Shown here piece by piece: positions 14,600 through 27,127 of a DNA stretch of 64,000 nt; the first letter of the stretch is position 1, and every line of letters starts with the position of its first letter. The stretch is from Eledone cirrhosa. Lineage: Eukaryota. The stretch lies in the NCBI GenBank assembly GCA_964016885.1, contig OZ024760.1:14322001-14386000 (forward strand), given 5' to 3'. The translations under genes were made by a program, and so were the position numbers. The notes under the pieces were generated by a model. The model was not told the origin of the DNA. It worked only from the letters and a program-made list of their open reading frames with translations, and ran no database searches.

Positions 14600-14844
14600 A
14601 ATTGTTTCTACTTTAGGCACAAGGCCAGCAATTACCCAGTGCATTACTGGTACTTTATTTTATCGACCCCGTAAGGATGAATATATACATAATATATACA
14701 TAATATATACATAATATATACATAATGAAGATGCTTAGGAATGTAAATGATAGTAATAATTAACGTCACATATTTCTGTGTGTATATATGTGTATGTGTA
14801 TGTGTATATATATGTGTGTATGTGTGTATATATCTGTGTATATA

Positions 14845-14889
<45 letters not shown>

Positions 14890-15065
14890 ATATATATATG
14901 TGTGTATGTGTATATATATGTGTGTGTGTGTGTGTGTAGGAGTTATAACCATTAATTTAAAATAATAATTGTTTCTACTTTAGGCACAAGGCCAGCAATT
15001 ACTCAGTGCATTACTGGTACTTTATTTTATCGACCCCGTAAGGATGAAAGGCAAAGTCAACCTCG
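14600..15065 (-). mobile_element. Two 5'-truncated SINE family 1 tails
   Basis: aattgtttctactttaggcacaaggccagcaatt...atcgaccccgtaaggatgaa at ~14600-14680 and ~14965-15065. Confidence 0.85.
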
Positions 15066-15830
15066 AATTAAAGTTATCGTGCCAACTCAACGAATCAATT
15101 ATGTGTAGGGATGTGTGTTTGTATGTATGTTTGTATTTGTTTATGTGTGTGTAGGGATGTATGTGTATGTTTGTTTACGTGTGTTTATGTGTGTGTGTGT
15201 ATGTGTTTGTGTATGTGTGTTTGTGTATGTGTGCGTGTGTGTGTTTGTTTATGTGTGTAAATATATATATATAAATATATATATTTGTGTGTGTGTGTAT
15301 GTAGATATGTATATATATACATATTTGTGTGTGTGTGTGCGTGTAGATATGTAAGTATATAAATATACATATTTCTGTGTGTGTGTGTGTGTGCGTGTGT
15401 ATCTTGTACAGATATGTTTGTTTGTGTGTGTGTGTGTCTTGTACAGATGTGTTTGTATGTGTGTCTTGTGCAGATGTGTGTGTGTCTTGTGCAGATGTGT
15501 GTCTGTATGTGTGTCTTGTACATATGTGTGTGTGTATGTGAATACTTAAATAATAAATGTATGTGTTCGTGTGTGTGTATACGCGTGTGTGTGTGTACGT
15601 ATGTGTGTGTACGTATGTGTGTGTACGTATGTGTGTGTACGTGTGTTAATGCCCTGTTCGTAGCAAACTCTGCGTGAAATTCAACATAATCTGATTAACT
15701 AAAATAATAATAATATAAATAAACAACAACACTGAACACTGGTGTATCTATATGTGTATATATGTATAGTCATGTAGTTGTGTCTGTGTGTATATATCTT
15801 TGTGTGTGTATATATATATATAGAGAATAG

Positions 15831-15861
<31 letters not shown>

Positions 15862-15891
15862 GTCATGTAGTTGTGTATGTCTGTGTGTATG

Positions 15892-15932
<41 letters not shown>

Positions 15933-15959
15933 ATATAGTTGTGTATGTCTGTGTGTATG

Positions 15960-16012
<53 letters not shown>

Positions 16013-16547
16013 ATATAGTTGCGTATGTGTGTGTATATATATACACAGTCATGTAGTTGTGTATGTGTCTGTATATATATATATGTCATGTAGTTGCCTA
16101 TGTGTCTGTATATATATATATATATGTCGTAGTTGCGTATGTGTCTATATATATATATATATATATATGTCTATGTGTGAGAATGAGTGAGTGTGATAGA
16201 GAGAGATTAGCTTATTTATGTAAATATATATCCGTTAATATACACACAGATTAGATTTTGAGGTGTGATAATATATATACATATATATACCCCTGTGTAC
16301 GTATGTATATATACCTTTTAAAACATACACACCCATACATTGTATGAATAATATATATATATACACACACACACAACAGTGTGTAATTTATATTTAGCTA
16401 CTCAGACACACACACACACCTATATATACATATATGTATATATGTATATATATATATATACACATATACTCATATATAAATAGCTAACTAACTGAATAGG
16501 TGGATGAGGATGTGTATGTATGTGTATATATATATATATATATATAC

Positions 16548-16700
16548 AGGAAAATATTCAGGACCCCGACGGCTGAGCTCCGGCCGTTTCGACAGCTAGA
16601 TCCGAACGGGGTCCTGACTCTTTTTCTATTACCCACTCTACTACATTAAATATTGAGTACTCTGCTGCGTCATGCTCCACCTGGTATCTTACCACACCCT

Positions 16701-16705
<5 letters not shown>
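16548..16705 (+). mobile_element. Fold-back element family B, internally deleted
   Basis: ggaccccgacggctgagctc..ccgtttcgacagctagatccgaac joined to ggggtcc; tail with TTGAGTACTC at 16653; TA-flanked. Confidence 0.85.
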
Positions 16706-16732
<27 letters not shown>

Positions 16733-16736
<4 letters not shown>

Positions 16737-16939
16737 GTAGAACACTGGAAGGTAATATCCGTAGTGGTAGAGCACTCAGTCCATGGGACGAGTTAGGTAG
16801 AAGTGGTTACACAACAGTTAGTTCACCATACCGAGAACAATTGTTTCACCTTAGCGGATCCTCAGCTCGTAATCGAGGATCCGCTAAGGTGAAACAATTG
16901 TTCTCGGTATGGTGAACTAACTGTTGTGTAACCACTTCT
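16733..16939 (-). mobile_element. Fold-back element family F containing a complete HHR (16832-16869)
   Basis: Perfect 65-bp inverted arms 16799-16863 and 16875-16939; minus strand CGAG-CUGAGGA-UCC-GCUAA-GGU-GAAA-C-AAUU-G-UU-CUCG; tail 16733-16798 with TGAGTGCTC. Confidence 0.85.
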
Positions 16940-16976
16940 GTATATGTGTATATATGTGCGTGTGCGTGTGTGTGTG

Positions 16977-17108
16977 TCAGAAGGCTGAAGCTCACGGAGG
17001 AGATGACAAAGGACCGTGACGAATGGAGAGATGCTGTGCTGAATAGGACCCGTCCCACCCTTGCAAGTAGTGAAAAGCGGACGTATGATGATGATGATGA
17101 TGATGATT
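16977..17108 (+). mobile_element. 3' end fragment of RTE LINE
   Basis: Matches ~34090-34207 (ctgaagctca..ggagagatgctgtgctgaataggaccc..cggacgta-(tga)n). Confidence 0.85.
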
Positions 17109-17162
17109 ATATATATGTATATATATATGTGTGTATATATATATATATGTATGTATCAAGTT

Positions 17163-17289
17163 TATCCAGGGTTCAATCGGGGGTAACCACAGTAAGTAAG
17201 GTACTCAATACATAGCAGAGTATAAATATTCAATATAGAAATGGCTTCTACAGGACTAGAACTGCTTCATTCGGGAGAAATCATCAGGA
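17163..17289 (-). mobile_element. HHR-tail element family C (GAAA mutated to GAAG)
   Basis: Closely similar to 13123-13248. Confidence 0.8.
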
Positions 17290-17355
17290 TATATATATAC
17301 TGTATATATCCATCTTCCACGCTAGCATGGGTTAGACGGAAAAATGCTAAACGCC

Positions 17356-17410
17356 TGCGTCGGCTGGGAGTAGAACCCGGATCGACTGCTTGGAAGGCAA
17401 CCATGCTAAC
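17356..17410 (-). pseudogene. tRNA-Gly(TCC) fragment, 5' acceptor strand and most of D-arm missing
   Basis: Minus strand gttagcatggttgcctTCCaagcagtcgatccgggttctactcccagccgacgca matches the 3' part of metazoan tRNA-Gly(TCC); short trailer then TTTTT; no CCA. Confidence 0.8.
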
Positions 17411-17754
17411 AGTATATTTATTTGAATATATACATATGTGTACACACCTTCAAATGTTTGGGATGAGTACTGCCTAACATACATACCTATACATGTATAT
17501 ATGCGTGTATATGTATATGTGAGAGAGAGAGAGAGACATCCTAGGTCTACCTTGTACACAGGAGTTCAAGAAACTTCATTAATAACCACAAGAATGCTAA
17601 TATATCTATTAGTCAACATTAATATTTCGGTCAAACAACCAACCAAAACATTGTTGGTATTATCGTTAATATTATGACAATTATCATCAACCGCTATACC
17701 GACATCGGACCTCAGTCGCTTTCGACGATGAGCGTTCCAGCTCAACGACTAACA

Positions 17755-18431
17755 CAGAGGTTCTGAAGTGGACGCTACCACCCCCGGGGGTGTTTAGAAT
17801 GTCCAATGGGGCGCTAGAGATGATATAATAGTATATTAACCCTTTAGCATTTAAACCGGCCATATCCGGCCAGAATTCTCTCTCCTCTTCTGTTCTGTTC
17901 AAACTGGCCATAACTGGTCACTCATACTAATGTTAAGGTATTGTTCTCAAAATGAATAATATCAAAATCTCATAGATTCAATATTATGTGAGATAATCAT
18001 GTAAGAAAGCCTTTATCATGAAAATACAATAGTATATATAGAGTAATGTAAATAAAGGGTTAGCTGTCAAATGATACATATATATATTATATAAATTAAT
18101 GATTTTATTTATTATATATACGTACTATAAATATAGTGAAACAAAAAATATATATTTATTTATATATAATATATATTATATTATTTATTATATATTAATT
18201 AATGATTTTATTTATTGTATATACGTAGCATGTATATAGTAAAATAAAAGTATATAATATTTATTTATATATAATTTTATTATTTATTATATATAAATTA
18301 ACGATTTTATTTATTATATATTATTTACAATTTGCGTGTAGGCAGGTCTCTCTGGAAATAGGGTTGCGGGTACTAAGGGTATTACATGGCCATGAGAGGG
18401 GACAGTGGCCCCAAAAGTCTGAGAACCTCTG
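17755..18431. mobile_element. hAT-like MITE hosting a piggyBac-like MITE
   Basis: TIR CAGAGGTTCT / AGAACCTCTG; flanking 8-mers gactaaca and gactaatg (imperfect TSD); related left end at ~20858. Confidence 0.7.
17836..18062 (+). mobile_element. piggyBac-like MITE (~225 bp)
   Basis: TTAA-CCCTTTAGCATT ... AAAGGG-TTA; same family at 37813, 41183, 44508, 53419 and 55530. Confidence 0.8.
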
Positions 18432-18469
18432 GACTAATGGAACAGCTTGCTCATGAAATAAACCTGAAA

Positions 18470-18900
18470 GTAGTTGAACATTCCACACAGACACGTGTAT
18501 CCTCAGGGAGATTCAGCTTAAGACAGCGTGACAATGGTTGGGCGTTTGAATTACGGGTTCTGTCGATCTTGTATCACAATGTAAGTGGCTGAGTATTCCC
18601 CAGACACGTGTACACATAACGTAATTCTCAGGGAGATTCCGCATGAGACAGCGTGTCACAAGACTGGCTTTTTGTATTACAGGTTCATTACATCTTATAT
18701 CATTGTGTATGTGGCTGAGCATTCCACAGACACGTGTATCCATAACGAAATTCTCAGGGAGATTCGGCATGAGACAGCATGTGACAAGACTGGCCTTTTA
18801 AATTACAGGTACATTACATCTTATATCATTGTGTATGTGGCTGAGGACTCCACAGACACGTCTATCCATAACATAATTCTCAGGGAGATTCAGCACGGCA
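18470..18900. repeat. Tandem ~125-bp units, probably SINE-tail derived
   Basis: gtggctgag.attccacagacacgtgt..ttctcagggagattc.gca present 3-4 times. Confidence 0.75.
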
Positions 18901-19073
18901 CATAGGTACAGAACACCAGTCAAGGGGCTTCCAAACACGAGTTCACCTACAAGGCATAGGTCGACTCCTGGCTCCGGTAAATGACACTTGCCCACGATAC
19001 CTTGCACTGGGACAGAACCTGGGACCTAATATTTGAGAAGCGGACCCCTTAACCATTTGGCCATGCTTCATCC

Positions 19074-20153
19074 ACACCACCACCACCATCATCATTACTA
19101 ACATTACTACCACCACCACTATCACTAACATTACCACCACCACCATCATCACTAACATTACTACCACCACCAACATTATTACTACCACCACCATCACTAA
19201 CATCATTACTACCACCACCTACACCAACATTATTACTACCACTACCACCACCACCATCACTAACAACATTACTACCACCACCACTATCACTAACATTACC
19301 ACCACCACCATCACCATCATTACTACCACCACCACCACCATCACTAACAACATTACTACCACCACCACCACCAACATTATTACTACCACTACCACCACCA
19401 CCATCACTAACATCATTACTACCACCACCACCACCATCACTAACAACATTACTACCACCACCACCTACACCAACATTATTACTACCACCACCACCACCAC
19501 CACTATCACTAACATTACCACCACCACCATCACCATCACTAACAACATTACTACCACCACCATCACCAACATTATTACTACCACCACCACCATCACTAAC
19601 AACATCACTACCACCACCACCACCATCACTAACATCATTACTACCACCACCACCACCTATACCAACATTATTACTACCACCACCACCATCACTAACAACA
19701 TCACTACCACCACCACCACCATCACTAACATCATTACTACCACCACCACCACCTATACCAACATCATTACTACCACCACCACCACCACCTACACCAACAT
19801 TATTACTACCACTACCACCACCACCATCACTAACATCATTACTACCACCACCACCACCACCATCACTAACATCATTACTACCACCACCACCACCACCATC
19901 ACTAACAACATTACTACCACCACCACCATCACTAACATTACTACCACCACCACCAACATTATTACTACCACCACCACCCCACCATCACTAACAACATTAC
20001 TACCACCACCACCAACATCATTACTATCACCACCACCACCACCACCATCACTAACAACATTACTACCACCACCACCAACATTATTACTACCACCACCACC
20101 AACATTATTACTACCACCACCACCAACATTATTACTACCACCACCACCACCAT
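19074..20153. repeat. (ACC)n-based complex minisatellite
   Basis: Units such as accaccaccatcactaacattattact. Confidence 0.95.
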
Positions 20154-20449
20154 ATCAAACCAACACGATAGGGAGCTTCTACATAGCTGCACATAATAAC
20201 CTGTTCCCTTCACCACCAGCCCCCCCCCCCCTCCCTCCCTCCCTCCCTCCGCAACTCACTATAGCAGCCCCATAAAATCTTTTCCCCTTAAACTACTCCA
20301 CCTACAACCCCCCCTTTTTACACTATTCCACAACTTCTAAAATGTAGAAGGAACGGGAAACGGGGAGATGACGAGGGGAGAGAGGGGGAGACCGCGTTTC
20401 ATCCTATCTTATATGTTTCTTCGTTTCGGTTACAGAAAACATTGCGGGT

Positions 20450-20830
20450 TTTTAATCGACTTTTCCCCCCTTCCCTTCAAATTGCTGGCCTTGTGCCTAA
20501 ATCAGAAACCATTCGGTAGAGCGTCAGACACCATGCTTTGCCGCATAGAGTTACGATCCTTTGCGTTCTAAGTTCAATCCGGTCGAGTTTAGCATTACCT
20601 TTCATCCTTACGGGGTCGATGAAATAAAGTACCAGTGATTCTCTGGATATTGGCAGTATCGGTAGAGGGTCGGTCGCCATGCTTTGACGCATAGAGTTAC
20701 GGCCCTTGCCATTCTGAGTTCAAATCCCGCCGAGGTTAACTGTCTTTCATCCTTACGGGGTCGATAAAATAAAGTACCAGTAATGCACTGGAGTAATTGC
20801 TGGCCTTGTGCCTATAGTAGAAGTTGTTGT
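20450..20830 (+). mobile_element. Cluster of three tandem SINE family 1 pieces
   Basis: Repeated catgcttt..gagttacg..ctttcatccttacggggtcgat and ttgctggccttgtgccta. Confidence 0.8.
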
Positions 20831-21029
20831 TGTTGTGGATTACCAAAGTGGTTAGATCAGAAGTTCTAAAAGTGGGCGTTACATCTCCCCGGGGGACGTT
20901 AAGAAAGTCCACGGGAGGGTCACTGGAGCCTGGGAGGGGGGCAGTAGAGATGATATAATAGTATATTAATATCAAATGATACATATTATATAATATTTAA
21001 TAAAATGTAGTTTGCTTGAAGCATTGTTA

Positions 21030-21236
21030 TCATCATCATCACTGTTTTACGTCCATCCTTCCACGCTAGCATGGGTTAGACGTGTTGTCCTGTTGTGGGC
21101 AATGCCAGGTCGGGGCACCTTGTCTTGCTCATACGGGAACTGATTTTGGCTTAATTTCAACAGCTGGATGCCCTTCCTAACATGAACCTCATTTACAGTG
21201 AGTACTGGGTGCTTTTTTACTGTGACGCCTACACGA
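21030..21236 (-). mobile_element. SINE family 3 with RTE-like tail
   Basis: cagctggatgcccttcctaa core; tail gcatgg..ggacgtaaaac-(gat)n; copies at 52040, 52293, 54600 and 61750. Confidence 0.8.
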
Positions 21237-21344
21237 CATTGTATATAATAACATGGAAAGAGATAGAAGGCTAAACAATGCAAAATGGACTGTAAGATGA
21301 AGGTAACGAAAAACTAAGTTACCTGGTAAGCCTTGTTTTGTTAT

Positions 21345-21826
21345 ACAGGGGCCTCAGTTCTATCATATCACAGCTCACACCTATGTGAGGTTTCTTGGGA
21401 GTTTTAACGACAGGGGGCTCCAAGTTTATCATATCACAGCTCACACCTATGTGAGGTTTCTTGGGTATTTTAACGACAAGGGTTCCAGTTCTATCATATC
21501 ACAGTTCACACCTATGCTGGTTTAGTTAGCTATCTAAGACGCTACATCTCATAGGAGATTTCTCTGATTTTTTAATGAGAAGGGCCCAAGTCCTATGTTG
21601 TGTTACAGCTTACATCTATGTAGGTTTAGCTAGACTCCTTCGAGGTTGTATCTCAGAGGTTTCTTTGGTGCTTTAATGATATGGGGGGTGCAGTCCTATC
21701 AGGAAAAGCAACGCGAAATGAAGTATCTTGCTCAAGAACACAACATGCTGTCCGGTCCAGGAATTGAACCAACGACTTTGATCGCGAACCCGTCACCCTA
21801 ACCAACTAGGCCACGTACCTTCCATG
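21345..21826 (-). mobile_element. SINE family 2 variant with tandemly amplified ~65-bp tail
   Basis: tatcatatcacagctcacacctatg repeated ~4 times next to a SINE head at ~21710-21826; single-unit version at 53636-53884. Confidence 0.7.
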
Positions 21827-22905
21827 TACCTGTAGGTTGGGCAATGACAGCTGAGAAAGGATGACACTTGCCCTCAGTGCCGAGTTTAGGACAAATGAGG
21901 CCCTGTGCTAGTTAAGTTATGAGGCCCCAAATATTTGAAAAATCGATCTTAAGAAAATTCGAGGGGGGTGGGGGTGCAGGAAGATGCCCCACCCTGGCCA
22001 ACGGGGCCATGTGCTTAAGCACACCTAATAAGTAAACCGAAAATCCCTCCAAATTCTTGGATATTTTCAAAATTACTTGAAAATAATAGGTAGTGTCTTT
22101 CATTAGAAATTTGGTAACGAAAGGGTTAAACCTGACATTGCAAATTTATATAAGAACCTTTGTTAAGTTATGTTCCGAACACCAGATAAAAATCGAGAAA
22201 GTTAGTTGTATTATGAGATACCTCGAAATTCTTGATTATTTTCAAATGATTTTGAAATAGACTGTTGTTTTTCATTAGTTAGATATGTGGTAACGAAAGG
22301 GTTTAGCCTGAAACGGCTGGCTGGCTTGCTGGTTGATAGCTCTCACCCTAACTATGTCTTCTTCGAATATAGGCAGAGGGGGTGGGAAGGAATAATAAAG
22401 AGCTACGTACGGCATATCATACTTTTCCCACCCTCCCTATTCAAAGCTGCTTAACTGCTCTGTGTTATGTTACACACGAGCAACACCAAGAAGCTCTTAC
22501 CTACTACGTGGTCACCCGCCTTGCTAGAAATAGCAGCAAAAACCTCCCCTTAAAAATATCACACCCTAAGAGTCTTCAAAAAGAATTGATACATTGGACA
22601 ATGTAATCCTAGATATACATATATTTATAGGGAGTAATAACACGACGGTCGATGGAGGAATACTTTTGATCAATAATTCTGAGTCGGTCAGTACTTCATC
22701 GTGGGTTTAAATAAAAGCAGCAACAACTGCTACACACACACACAATATAATATATATATATATATGAGAATAATAAAATATATATATATATATTATATAT
22801 ATATATATGAGAAGCACAAATATCAAGCATAATTGATGTTTTGATGCCTTAAATTTGTATGAGTGTGCGTGTATATATATGTGTATGTGTGTATATATAT
22901 GTGTA

Positions 22906-22951
<46 letters not shown>

Positions 22952-22992
22952 AAAGAGTCGGGACCCCGACGGCTGAGCTCGTATATATATAA

Positions 22993-23023
<31 letters not shown>

Positions 23024-23030
23024 TTATATA

Positions 23031-23190
23031 GCAGTGACTTCTACGGGACTAGAGCTGTTTCATTCATAAACGAATATGAAACAGTTCTAGTCCTTTAAAT
23101 GTCATTTATACATAAAATAAATATGTATATACTCTAACGTACTCTGTACCTTATTAAACTGTGGTTTCTTACCAATTCCCTTTGGAACAC
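23031..23190 (+). mobile_element. Family C fold-back, diverged, hairpin at stem II
   Basis: ggactagagctgtttcattc-ataaac-gaatatgaaacagttctagtcc. Confidence 0.7.
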
Positions 23191-23421
23191 TATCCATTAC
23201 ATATATGTGTGTGTGTGGAAACAAAAACGTGGGAGTCACGGCTGGAAGACCTTTTGAACAGAGATCAGGGGTTAACATGTTTGCTAAACAACTGCTGCTG
23301 TGTTCAGAAAGGTCGAGAGCGGAGGAAAGGCTTAATAATGTCACATACGTTATTCTCGGGAATGTAGTACAAGGGAATCTAAAGGCAATGTCTCCGGCAC
23401 CACGAGAGAGACAGATTCAAG

Positions 23422-23482
<61 letters not shown>

Positions 23483-23483
<1 letters not shown>

Positions 23484-23707
23484 CAAGTTAAATATAGAAA
23501 TAGCTTCGACAGAACTAGAACTGTTTCAGTCAAAAGAAATCATCAGGGTTTTCCTGATGGTTTCTTTTGAATGAAACAGTTCTAGTCCTGTAGAAGCCAT
23601 TTCTAATATTAAATTTGATGTTTACACTCTAGTAATGTATTGAGTACCTTACTAACTGTGGTTACCCTCGATTGAACTAGGGACTCACACATACACACAC
23701 AGATATA

Positions 23708-23740
<33 letters not shown>

Positions 23741-23870
23741 CCCCGAGTTGTGTCAGGGGGTACAGTTAAAAAAGGGTACTCAATACATACGTAGAGTATA
23801 GGACCTTTTCCATAAGAATGAAACAGTTCTAGCCCTGTAGAAGTCATTTCTTCATAAAATAAAATAAGTG
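23483..23870 (+). mobile_element. Family C fold-back with both HHR arms (23483-23685) plus rearranged copy (23740-23870)
   Basis: Arms centred on catcagg-gtttt-cctgatg; GAAACAG-TTCTAGTC-CTGTA-GAAG; tail TTGAGTAC at 23640. Confidence 0.8.
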
Positions 23871-24144
23871 TGTGTGTGTGTGTGTGTATATATATGGTAG
23901 AGCCGAAGAAGGGGAGAGTCAAAACAGGTTCATAAAAGAAAAGAAAGTCAACGCGAGGAGAGGTTGTGGCGGTCATTCATGTATGAGTATTCATCGAGAA
24001 CATTCTGCAGATCACAGCACAATCAATACATTTTAGTCAGCTTTGTATTAAACAAGCGCATCTTTTAAACGATATCTCTATTATCTTTCGATCTATTTAA
24101 CATCTACATCAACACTCCAATACTACACTCACACGCAAGCCGAC

Positions 24145-24915
24145 GAGGGTAATTCAAGACAGTTTGTACATCCTAGTAGAAATGGCAGCCAAATTCCCCT
24201 CAAATCACACACTTTAAAAAACAAAACCAAAGGAAAAACACATTGTTTTATATAATCCTAGATAAAATAAAATAAAAATCCCAAATAAAATAAAAAAACC
24301 AGATCTACTGCATACATAAAAGAGGGTAATTCAAGGCGGTCATGTAACCTGCTAGAAAAAGCAGCCAAATTTCCTTAAAATCACAAACCTTTACCGTTTA
24401 AGAAGAAAAAAAGGGATAATGTAGTTCTAGATAGACTGTGCCTGTATAAAGCGACAGGACGGTCACGGATGGATAGTTCTTTAAAAAATAGATCTGCTTT
24501 TAACAGTAACTACACACACACACACAAGCCAACTGTAGTACGACCTAGTAGAAATAGCAGCTAAATTTACCCTCAAAATACACACCCCCTTTCAGAATTG
24601 ATACATTGGATACAAGTAGTCCTAGATACATTATTTTAGAATAAAAATAGACAAAATGGTCACGGTTGGAACGTCCTTTTATCACAAGTCTTCCTCTAAC
24701 ACTCCTCTGCACACAAGTCAAAATAGAACCCTTTTGCGATCGTACGACCTGCTAATAATAGTAGCTAAGTTCCACCGTCCTCCTTTCAAATCGCACCACT
24801 CCTAACGTTTAACAAAAACAAAGGAGACATTGAATAATGTAGTCTTAGATACACTGTCAGAAATAAAAACAGAATGATCGGTCACGGCTGAAATGTCTTT
24901 TGATCATAGATTTGA
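24145..24915 (+). repeat. Four diverged tandem ~190-bp units of a dispersed repeat
   Basis: tagaaa.agcagccaaatt..aaatcacac..cattgga..atgtagtcctagataca..ggtcacgg.tgga recurs; dispersed copies near 22510 and 40820 (-). Confidence 0.7.
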
Positions 24916-25961
24916 TTGTAACCTAAAGACTAATTTACTAACAATAACTGCACACACACACGCATACATCAATACATTCCATGAACATATACACAATGAG
25001 AATCACATGTTACATTACACACATTCCAGTGACTCTACATGCACGAATACGTGCAGCACACACACACAAAACTATAGTACATATCGTAACCACACACAGA
25101 CAAATAATACATCACACCCTCATATATAAATACAGTACATTATCACACCCACTCATAAATACAAATAGTTCATACACACACACACACACATCAATACATA
25201 CACTGACATTAACAGACAAAATATACGAATAAAATCACATAAACACACTAAAGCATGACACATCACGCACACACACACACATATATATATATACACACAG
25301 ATCAATATACAAACTATACACATACGTTCAATAAGTGCTTCACAAACACACATATACTAAAACATGTTACACATACACATTCAATACGGGCCACACACAT
25401 ATACTAATACATGTTACACATACACAATAAGGGCCACACACACACACACTAATACATATACACAATAAGGGCCACACACACACATATATACTAATACATA
25501 TACACAATAAGGGCCACACACACACACACACACGCATTCACCCTTCTACACGCTACAAGCATTACGCAGATTTTATACACATGCCACATATTATAAGCTA
25601 CATACATACAGACGATTATATGCTAAAAATATATATACACACACTGATTATACGCTATGTATACACCAGAACATGTTAAACGAACCTTCACATATAGCTG
25701 CCATATATATATATATATATAGTATGTATGTATACGTACATACATATATGTATACAGACGTACAGTAGCATGTATATATATATTGTAAGTATGTATGTAT
25801 ACGTACATACATATATGTATACAGACGTACAGTAGCATGTATATATATATTGTAAGTATGTATGTATACGTACATACATATATGTATACAGACGTACAGT
25901 AGCATGTATATATATTATGGAATACTGTTAGCTTCTCGCTACAATAATTTCTATACTTTTC

Positions 25962-26005
<44 letters not shown>

Positions 26006-26010
<5 letters not shown>

Positions 26011-26198
26011 AACAAGTAAGACCCCGACGGCTGAGCTCAAGCCGTTTCGACGGCTAATTAGTACAGAATTAGCCGTCGAAACGGCTTGAGCTCAGCCGTC
26101 GGGGTCTTACTTGTTCCTATTACCCACTCTACTACCCTAAGTATTGAGTACTTTGGTGCGTTATGGTCCACCTGGTTCCTTAACACATTTCCTTCGTT
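26006..26198 (+). mobile_element. Fold-back element family B, best-preserved copy
   Basis: Perfect 54-bp arms 26006-26059 and 26067-26120; GAAA 26078, stem III ACGGCT/AGCCGT, GTC 26098; tail 26121-26198; pure (TA)n on both sides. Confidence 0.9.
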
Positions 26199-26530
26199 AT
26201 ATATATATATATATATATATATAAATGTACACATATATATACAAAACAAATTAAAAAAACAAGTATATATCGCCTACATTCTTATACATGTATTATATGT
26301 GTGTATATATTCTTTACATACCTATACTACACATATATACACTATTATAAGCTAGAAATATATATACACACACATACATAAACTGTAAATGAACCCACAC
26401 AAACAAACCTGCTCGAAAGAAGTATACCCGCCAATCTTGTTAATATAGTCGATAATGTTATAAACATACTAAACACACACACACACACAATATATATATA
26501 TATACATATATATATATGTATATACATATG

Positions 26531-26563
<33 letters not shown>

Positions 26564-26598
26564 GTGTAAATATATATGTAAATATATATATATATGTG

Positions 26599-26813
26599 TG
26601 AAGGCGTATGGCTGAGTTTGTTAGAGAATTGGGTTCACAATCGTGAGGTTATGAGTTCGATTCCCGGATCGGGTGATGCGTTATGTCCTTGAGCAAGACA
26701 CTTTATTTCACATTGCTCCTTCTACCTGGAGTTGCGACCGATAGATAGTATCAGCAATTGGAAAGACCAATGGAAACATTGTTTCCTTGGTCCGATTTGA
26801 CGAAAGTCGATCG
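26599..26813 (+). mobile_element. tRNA-derived SINE family 2
   Basis: A box tggctgagtttg, B box gagttcgattcc; matches 4389-4601. Confidence 0.85.
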
Positions 26814-27095
26814 AAAAAAAATATATATATATGTATATATATTTCTTATTTTGAATAATATATATACATGGAGTACATTTGAAATGTTTCTCCGGTAGTA
26901 AGAAATATCTAACTATATATATATATGATAGATAAAGAAGCTACATTCTTATACATGTATATATATTCAAATGTATAATATATTATTCTACATACCTTGT
27001 AAGTTGGGTGGGTGGGGAAATAAAGTATCCGTTTGTTTTGTTTAGTTTGTGTTTTTGTTTGTTTTCTTGTAAAGGCTGCGGCAGCTTGGAATAAA

Positions 27096-27127
27096 TATAA
27101 AAGCCCTCTTCTATACAGCAGCAGTAC
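27096..27127 (+). promoter_or_regulatory. Candidate TATA box and Inr-like start
   Basis: TATAAAAG 27096-27103 with GCAGT ~26 nt downstream, at the start of a repeat-poor, CpG-retaining island with a pyrimidine-rich UTR-like stretch. Confidence 0.35.

Noticed and set aside
26006-26120. Perfect hairpins as pre-miRNA genes (also 16799-16939)
   Set aside because: They are multi-copy, TA-flanked and asymmetric with a tail, so mobile-element fold-backs explain them better.
26599-26680. tRNA-like heads as real tRNA genes (also 34582, 59402)
   Set aside because: No complete cloverleaf, and they are contiguous with SINE bodies and tails.
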